Positions 55,299 to 64,000 of a stretch of 64,000 bases of DNA are shown here, one piece after another. Origin of the DNA: Eledone cirrhosa (Eukaryota). The translations under genes and the position numbers were made by a program. Position 1 is the stretch's first letter. Each line of letters opens with the position of its first letter. The notes below the pieces were generated by a model. The model was given only the letters and a program-made list of their open reading frames with translations, had not been told where the DNA came from and did no database searches. The DNA lies in NCBI GenBank assembly GCA_964016885.1, contig OZ024742.1, positions 111,662,001 through 111,726,000 of the forward strand, in the 5' to 3' direction.

Positions 55299-56171
55299 CT
55301 AGCAGTGATACCCAGCGTTGCACGAGATAAGGTATTTTGGAACGCGGGCCGCCAACAGACCTAATCGGGGAAAAACTGCATGCGTGGACAATATGTAAAG
55401 AAAATAAACCGAATACTCTGTTGGCTGGATAATCTTTAAGATTTTCCTCGATGAAGCAGGAAAAATGCAGGTTTTCACCTAATGCAGGCCCTAGGGGATC
55501 AAGAAAAGGAATTTTCTTTATGTGCATAATATGCCTTGATATTTCGGGAAAATCGGCTAGACATAACTCCCCCAAAAAGCCCTAAAAAGCTGAACAAAAA
55601 TGAAGTTTTTCATCTAATGTGGGCCCTAGGGCATACAAAAAGTTGGATTTTCTTTGCTCACTGGTATGAAGAAGAGACTGACTAATACATAGTTACAATT
55701 TCAAGGAAATCAGTCTGACTTAACGACTCAAAAAACCCCTAAACGCAGTTTTTCAACTAATGCGGGCCCTAGAGGATAACAAATTTGAATTTCTTTATGT
55801 GCTTAACGCTCCCTGAAACATAAGTAATACACATGTAAAGTTTGAAAAAAGTCGGTTGGGTACTTCTCGAGTTTTAGGGATTCAAACTCACAGACACACA
55901 CACACATACATACACACACACAGACATCCTCAGAGAAGTGACGTAATGTAGACAGTCAGACATACAGACAGATATTATAAGGGCGCGACGTTATATGTAT
56001 GTATTTATCTAAAAAGAGAAAGACTAAGAATTATAGAGAGAGATCGCTAAATCGCCTAATGCGGTCCCTAGGGCATTGCACATTTGAAATCTGTTTGGCT
56101 CCGAACACTCCCTGAAACATAAGTATTACATGTGTAAAGTTTGAAAACAGTCGGTTTGGTGGTTCTCCAGC

Positions 56172-56212
<41 letters not shown>

Positions 56213-56967
56213 GCTATCCCCCTCTTTTAGTCTGTCTGATTCTTTCACTCTCACTCTTTCTCGTTATAACTCACTCACATTAATACTAAAGGGTTAATGT
56301 ATTGTTCTAAAAATAAATAATATTAAATCTATGAGATTTTTATATTATGTGAGATAAAGCCTTTACCATGAAAATAATATAATATATATAGAGTAATGTA
56401 AATGCTAAAGGGTTAATTCAATCAGACCATGTGAGAGAGTTTATAATCCCTCACGCACACATACACACTCACGAATGCAAACGCACACAAACTGACACAC
56501 GCGCGCACTTACACACACACGCAATAGTTATTCCACTGTTATGTATCTTTGACGCATACAACTCTCAAAAGACGGTGTCTACCACTCTCCCTCTCTCTCC
56601 CGCTATCCCCTTCTTTTAGTCTGTCTGTTTCTTTCACTGTCACTCTTTCTCTCTGTAACTCGTTTACATTTCTCCTCTCTATCGAAAAACGCTGTGACGA
56701 ATGGGGAGAAGGAGGAGGAGAAGTAGAGAGCCACTTCTTCACTTCGCCTTTCCGCTTCTTTCTCTCCCCTCTCACCCCCTCATTATGTACAGACATTGGC
56801 CACTTCACTAATTCGATCCCTAGGTCAGAATAATTTGAAATTCTTTTGCTCAAAACACTTCCGGGGCCATGCGGGTTACATGTGTAAAGTTTGAAAAAGA
56901 ACGGTTGGGAACTTCTCGACTTTTAGGGGAACACACAGAGAGACATCCTCTGTTTTATATATATAGA
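55299..56967 (-). mobile_element. Complete non-autonomous Helitron
   Basis: 5' TC-TATATATATAAAA at 56967. 3' hairpin CTCGTGCAACGCTGGG then CTAG at 55299. A|T insertion site. Internal ~130-bp subrepeats (CTAATGCGGGCCCTAGGG). Confidence 0.9.
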
Positions 56968-58424
56968 TAATTGTGTGTGTGCTTTTTCTGGTTTGATAGA
57001 TTTAGATGCTGAAATTGGTTTGCAAATAGACAATTTGTCAAAAAGACTACTAAATGCTAACATATATTTACCTTCTTTATGATACACCAAGCTTATATCT
57101 ACTATATATAAATAACCATTCAACATAAGCATGTTTTTTAAGGTTCATGTAATATATTTCCCTTACAGTAGTTACCAATACAATATTCTGGTTTTTACAG
57201 GAACTATTGAATGGAATTTTGATTATTCCATTAACAACTTACTGAACTCTGACAGAGAAGAAATACGTTTGTGGAAATTATGAATACATTACGGCCATGC
57301 TTACTTTCCCTAATATCTGTTATTTCTGTTTATGCGAAAAATATGATTGCTTTTTTATATATTCGACTGTCACAAATTTAATTATATCTTCAGCGTCAAC
57401 CCAACATTAAGTTCAATACAAAATAGACACTCTGATATACAACAACTAATTGAATCAAATAATTAGTTGAGAAAATGATTCAATACCAGCTGTGAGAGAG
57501 GCCGCAATCCAACATATATACTGGCATATTTGCGGATTATTATTTAAACCGAGAGCAACATAAAGGTGTTGTATGACGTCAAAAACAAATATGAACCTAA
57601 GACTACTCGTTTTGTTTTCGTATCTAAAAATTACACAGTTTCAAGAGTACCTTTTAAAATCATTTTGCTTAAGTCGACATAAATGACAATAAGAACCATA
57701 ATTATAGACTGTTAAATGGATAAAAAAAATGAGCAACTAATATATATAATTGGATTGAAACAATAATCATTGTTGAGAGAAAATAAAATTGCTAATATAG
57801 AATAGAGTAATAATTAGTATTATAAAAAACAATGAAACTAATTTAAAACACAATAGTATATGAACAACAACAACAAAAGATATAGACAGCTTTGTGGATA
57901 TATAGAGAGCACAGTAATTAACAAAGGAGACAATAGTGAAAACGAACCTAATTATTAATGAATAGGCAAAGTAAACTATAAAAGCGACAGAAAATAAATT
58001 AAAAGAATGTGAAGTGAGAGGCTAGACGATAAAAGTATGCAGGTGAATTGTGAATTAACGGTGGTTTCAATACAACTTCAGATGAAAAAATGCTAATTGC
58101 ATAGCAGATATTGGTTGGTTTTGCATCAAATTAAACACATACTCAGCGACAACGGCTTATCCATACACACATGCTTACTGACACATTTACATACATGCGC
58201 ACACACGCACAAATACACATATGAAATTTGAGATAGCAGACGAATGAGTTAAGATCAATTTCGAAGTTGTTCAATACTAGTTTTGTCAAACGAAAACTGC
58301 CTATGGATTCCTCATGTATTCGTTTAAGATTTTTGGAAGAGACGCGTTACAATGGCAAAGACGTCCTTAGCATTTGATATTATACTGCCCTACGAAACCA
58401 ATGCAGCCATCTATGTTAAAAATA

Positions 58425-58611
58425 AATAATTGTTTCTACTTTAGGCACAAGGCCAGCAATTACCCAGTGCATTACTGGTACTTTATTTCATCGACCCCGT
58501 AAGGATGAAAGGCAAAGTCAACCTCGGCAGGATTTGAACTCAGATCGTAAAGGGACGTAACTATGCTGGAAAGCATGGCGTCCGACCCTCTACCGATACT
58601 GCCAATCCACC
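58425..58611 (-). mobile_element. tRNA-derived SINE (family S1), full length
   Basis: Reverse complement of the S1 consensus. Confidence 0.92.
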
Positions 58612-59743
58612 GTTAAAAATAAATAATGAGTTGGAGAACGCAACGGATGAAAATTTGGCACACTTTGGTATAATAGTCCACAAATCAAGGTAGGGCATAT
58701 AGTGTTTAACGCAAGATGGCTGGGTAAGAGAAGAGAGTACAGTAATGAAAATTTCACCTGCCAGTAATCTTGCATAAATATCTAGCCTAAGGACAGAATT
58801 AGGTAAAATTGGTAGTGAAGACACTCCTTGAATATATTCGCATACTGGAAAGAGGTGACGAAAGATGAAGCCCGAAACAATGTGTGATGTTTCATAAATG
58901 GTCAAACATCATACAGAAACCGCAATGATTCAGCAAAGTTGTGGCATATTGATGAAGAAAATACATTTGTCCCGATGAATTCGGAAGCGTGGCAAACCGA
59001 GTAAGTTTACATTTCTGTAATCTGAAGGAAGAGATATTTTGAAATGAAAGCAACTATTGTTTTTGCGAAGAAAGGCATCGAAAAGCTCCATATAATATAA
59101 TAGAACATATTAGACGTGTCCTGCCCAAAGGTAATTTGTATTACAAACAATAGAGGATACTCCAAGGTGTACTATATCAAATAAATACTTCAAGTAATAA
59201 GCGGTAGATGTGTGCACATCGAATAAGCACCTCTTCTCTTCATGGAAACAACAGAACCTACACAGACAGCAAGGCATCAGAAACACACATTAATAATCAA
59301 CTCCCTAGTACGTAGTTTCTCTCCTCAAAGAAATACACATTTCTCACTTTCTCTACATTCAATATTATTACATTTAGTAAGTTTGAACCATGTGATATGA
59401 ACCACCTCTTAACACACACGATGCATACCCTGTCGAAAATATATCCATCTTCCATTTAAGACACCCGATATCTTTCTAGATCAAGCGTTTTCGAATTGAC
59501 GAAAAAGTAAATATTAATCCTCAATTGTTACTCCTAAGTAATTAAACATTTACAGTTGAATCCAAACCTTTCCGTGAGAAATTTCATGACACCCATCTAG
59601 ACATTCCATAATATTCCACTTTTTTTCTTGTTGATTATGTTGCTGCACACACATAGATGAGTACACACACACAAACACAAACACAAACACAGTCATATAC
59701 AGACACTTATATGTAAACTTACACACATGTATATATATATACA

Positions 59744-59818
<75 letters not shown>

Positions 59819-60503
59819 AAAATTAGTCATTCATCAGTGATCTTACAACCGTCATTGGGATTTCTTCGCATTAAAGATCATATACTTCTGGTTGGTGCGA
59901 GCAATAACTACAAAAAGGTTATTGGGACACGTAAAATAGGGTGAAGTGAGAGAGACATGTAAACAAACAAAGATGCTAATGCAACGGAAAGATAGGTAGA
60001 GGGGAAAACAAGTCCGTGATATCTATGAACTTAAGTTCGGTGAAATCATAGACGAGGAGAGATACAGACCATCCGACCAGGGTGAGATGTGAGCGAGAAA
60101 AGGATTTCACACAGGTCAAACGGGATGAAGTGAGAGAGGGGGGAGTAGCAGAAAGTGAGTGAGTGAAAGTGTGAGGAAGAGGCCAGCTGTGAGAGAGTGA
60201 CTGGCAGAGGGGTTAAAAAAGGTGACAGATACAGAAAAAGGGAAAGCAGTAAGAAAGAAACAGACAGGTCACAGCGGAGGGAAACATATAAATATATGAA
60301 AAATGGCGTGCTGCGTTGTTGCATATAGGGTACATATGCATAAAATTAGTCCTTCATCAGTGATCTTCCAACCGTCATTGGTATTTCTTCGCATTAAAGA
60401 TCATATACCTCTGGTTAGTGCGAGCAGTAACTAAAAAAGTCATTGGGACACGTAAAATAGGGTGAAGCGAGCGATACATGTAAACAAACAGAGATGGTAA
60501 TGC
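59819..60503. repeat. Element with ~165-bp terminal direct repeats between (TA)n tracts
   Basis: 59819-59983 is repeated at 60342-60503, with a purine-rich spacer. Confidence 0.8.
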
Positions 60504-60786
60504 ATATATATATATATATATATATATATGTAGGAGGTGAGTTTTAGTACAATAAAGCAATGCAGATATCGGATAAGTAGTACTCTACAGTTTGTATGAC
60601 TTGAGTATAAATAATATATAAGATAAAAAGATGGTTAAAAGAGTTCCATGTATTTTATTATGCGCATTTCAGAAACAAATATGATCATGCAATAACATTT
60701 GCGTTTTCGTCAGATAAAATAGGGAGACATGATATGAAGGTTAAAAAACACTTGTGAATAGTGCAGTTTTAAATCAACATATCATG

Positions 60787-61397
60787 CAAACACACCGAGC
60801 ATTATAATAAATGTTCGGTGAATACATACGTACATATATATATATGTGTTCATGTATGTATATATATATACATACTACTGTACGTCTGTATACATATATG
60901 TATGTACGTGTACATACTTATATTTAAGTAACAGCCGTACTAAGAGTGGGAAATGAAATTTCGTTTCATTGTTTCCGTTTATCGTTTTCGGTGCACCCGG
61001 CCGATTAACCCACTCGATATGCAAATTGGGCTACTCAGCCGTTAATATGCATAAGGTAAGTATATACGTTCAACAATCTGGCAGGAAAGTATACGTTGCT
61101 GACGATAGCTAATAAGCTTGAAACTAGTACAGCGTTCCTTTGTCAGTGTTGAACAAACGAGTAACGATGGTTGCTAGACACTTCGGCTTAATACGGGATG
61201 TTTGTTTACAAACACACCGAGCATTATAATAAATGTTCGGTGAATCCATACGTACATATATATATGTGTGCATGTATCTATATATATATATACATACTAC
61301 TGTACGTCTGTATACATATATATATGTACGTGTACATACTTATATTTAAGTAACAGCCGTACTAAGTGTGGGAAATGAAATTTCGTTTCATTTTTCC

Positions 61398-61401
<4 letters not shown>
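60787..61401 (+). mobile_element. Family R (retrozyme-like) 1.45-mer
   Basis: Near-identical to the 26365-28389 units (period 422). Ends at the same ...TTTCATTTTTCCGTTT(AT)n junction. Confidence 0.9.
61093..61135 (+). ncRNA. HHR family R (intact)
   Basis: ACGTTG-CTGACGA-TAGCT-AATA-AGCTT-GAAA-CTAG-TA-CAGCGT. Confidence 0.9.
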
Positions 61402-61482
<81 letters not shown>

Positions 61483-61580
61483 TGTATAATATATAAATAT
61501 ATATATAATATATATACATATACATACATATGTGTATATATATTTACATTTACATACATATGTAAATATATATATATATA

Positions 61581-61895
61581 TATTAATAAAAGGAATTCCA
61601 ACTTTGTCTGATTTACTCGTTTTATTTACAATCCTTTAACATGTATAATTCTATTAGAATGAAATAGTATGGTAGAATATTAAATGTTAAGTGTTAATTG
61701 AACAACTACTTTCATGCTTTCGCAATCTTCAGGTTCATATTCAGTGGTGACAGTCAAGTTTGAAATTGAAAATTTAAATTAACACTTAACATTTAATATT
61801 CTACCATACTATTTCATTCTAATACCATTATACGTTTTAAAGGATTGTAAATACAACGAGTAAATCTGAAAAAGTTGGAATTCCTTTTATTAATA
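61581..61895. repeat. Foldback element (~118-bp arms) with HHR remnant in the spacer
   Basis: 61581-61699 is inverted at 61777-61895. Minus strand 61735->61704 reads AAC-CTGAAGA-T.TGC-GAAA-GCA.T-GAAA-G-TA-GTT. Confidence 0.82.
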
Positions 61896-61924
61896 TAACC
61901 TTCTATACACAATCATACACACCC

Positions 61925-62003
<79 letters not shown>

Positions 62004-62234
62004 TAAACGGAATAGAAAATGCTGACAAATTGTTCACAGTTGAAAAAAGGTTTAATTAGGAATAAAAGAGTATTAGTGATTGTATGGGTTAGTATTCAGT
62101 TGTCGTTTTAAGTTTTTAAGTTTTTACCGGTTGCGCATTTCTGAATGCTTTTCAAAAATAATTTTGAGATAGAGTGTCCGTGCTGTTTGCTCTGATCTGT
62201 ATATATATATATATATATACATACATATATACGT

Positions 62235-62332
<98 letters not shown>

Positions 62333-62863
62333 TTCGCTTATCTAAAGATATCCGATATATTTATTAAGTAAATATTTTGGAAGCCAAGCAATGAATATTG
62401 AAAGGCATACGTCTGGCAGATCACAGCAGAAGCAGCGCGAGATAACTGCCTATAAGTAGTTCGAAATTAGTGGTTCTCTTCGGAACAGAGCTTCCTGCTA
62501 CCCTCTGCAGGAACGTGAAATCAGGTGAGACTATTCACTAATTTCGCCTGTGTAGGTGGACTGATTATCCTCATCTGCACATGAAGCAGTATAAGATAGC
62601 TGAATTTAAGAGTTGAAGTAAAATGTAGCTTCAAATTAGATGTACGTTTGTAATTATATAAATACGTCGTTTACAACGATAAATGCTCCAGTTGTATTAT
62701 CAACGGCAACGTCAGCCTGTTTTAAAAGTTGACTGAGCATTCTACAGACATTTGGTCTCTTAACGTACTTAACAAAGTTTTCCAACTTGACACTTTCTGA
62801 GACAAAGCTGTTTCTTTGAATTACAGTTACAAGTCATGTTTACAGCTGAGTAGACTTAATCAA

Positions 62864-62941
<78 letters not shown>

Positions 62942-62955
62942 TGAATATACATATA

Positions 62956-63016
<61 letters not shown>

Positions 63017-63499
63017 GTATATATATATTTGTGTGTGTGTACGTACAAATATGTATATATATACAAGGGTGCCATTGTGAGAATGTGTGAGTAAAGAAAG
63101 AGTTTGATTTGTAAACACAGATAAGGGAAATGATGAATTCGCCATTCCACAAATAGCTTTTAGATTGATTGATCTTATAAAAACAACCAAATGAAACAAA
63201 CAATATAGAATAATATAAAAAGAAAATCAATCGAGTAAAATAGGACAACCTCGAATGATTTAAATATAACCAAAGGAATGGTGGAAGGAAATATATTCAG
63301 CAGGCCACAATATAGAGGTGTCAATAATCACGTTAGATTTGCTTAGGAGATCAGGAGTAATAGTTGATTAATAAACAATACAATATCGTAGTAAAATATT
63401 TAACTGAAATGAAGTTTTACTTTCTTTCTGGCAGATAATAGAAATAATTTTACCTCAAATATATCAATACGTAATTGTTTGTAAAATTATTTTTAATTA

Positions 63500-63860
63500 G
63501 GAACAAACAAAAAGTGCGTAGATCGGAGTTCAGAGAGTCACTCCAGGTAGAACCGCTACTTCTCCAAATTGAGAGATCACAGCTCCGATACTGTGGAAAT
63601 TTGGTTAGAATAACTCTGGAAAGAATCACTGGATATATTTTACGGGCAAAACCAACCGGGAGAAGACCCAGGGGTAGACTCCGAGAAAGATGTTTGGATA
63701 ACATCTATGAGCTTGGCTGGTCAGGATTCGATACGGTTCAGTTAGATACTGTTCCTTCTGACAGGACCCGCTGGAGGTAGTATTTGTGGACCCGCTTGAG
63801 GGAGTATTTGTGGACCCTGCCCCCACAATCCTTTCGGGAATAAAAGGTCGAAGAAAAGGA
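63500..63860 (+). mobile_element. RTE-clade LINE 3' fragment
   Basis: VR.SE.RESLQVEPLLLQIERSQLRY.G...R...ER......A.PTGRRPRGR.R.R..D.I..LGW...DRTRWR. Confidence 0.85.
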
Positions 63861-64000
63861 GCAGAAAACAAACAAAAATAATTCAAACATCATTTCCACA
63901 TATTTTCTATTTAATCTGGTATCAGGGTATAGCTGATTGAATTAATTCGAGATCTGATTAATATTTTATTTTGTTCACACGGGGTAACCAGTGAGATTTG

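Overview
AT-rich, microsatellite-dense eukaryotic (animal) DNA. I found no host protein-coding gene, and most ORFs in the track are translated (TA)n/(TG)n repeats. The SINE and microsatellite content suggests a cephalopod such as an octopus, but this is inference. The window is a mosaic of transposable elements: three decayed Naiad-type Penelope-like elements (PLEs; RT + C-terminal GIY-YIG), a Neptune-type PLE fragment, two Rep/helicase Helitrons joined head-to-head, further Helitron pieces, RTE and CR1-group LINE remnants, and tRNA-derived SINEs. The most notable layer is non-coding. About 20 type I hammerhead ribozyme (HHR) motifs, some degenerate, can be read by eye in several sequence families. 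They occur (i) in a ~422-bp tandem repeat that looks like a non-LTR retrozyme (5-unit array at 26.4-28.4 kb plus dispersed copies, with stem I covariation), (ii) in PLE terminal repeats, and (iii) in small 'inverted tail + ribozyme' foldback elements that almost always abut (TA)n tracts. All structures were assigned manually, with no database or folding software.
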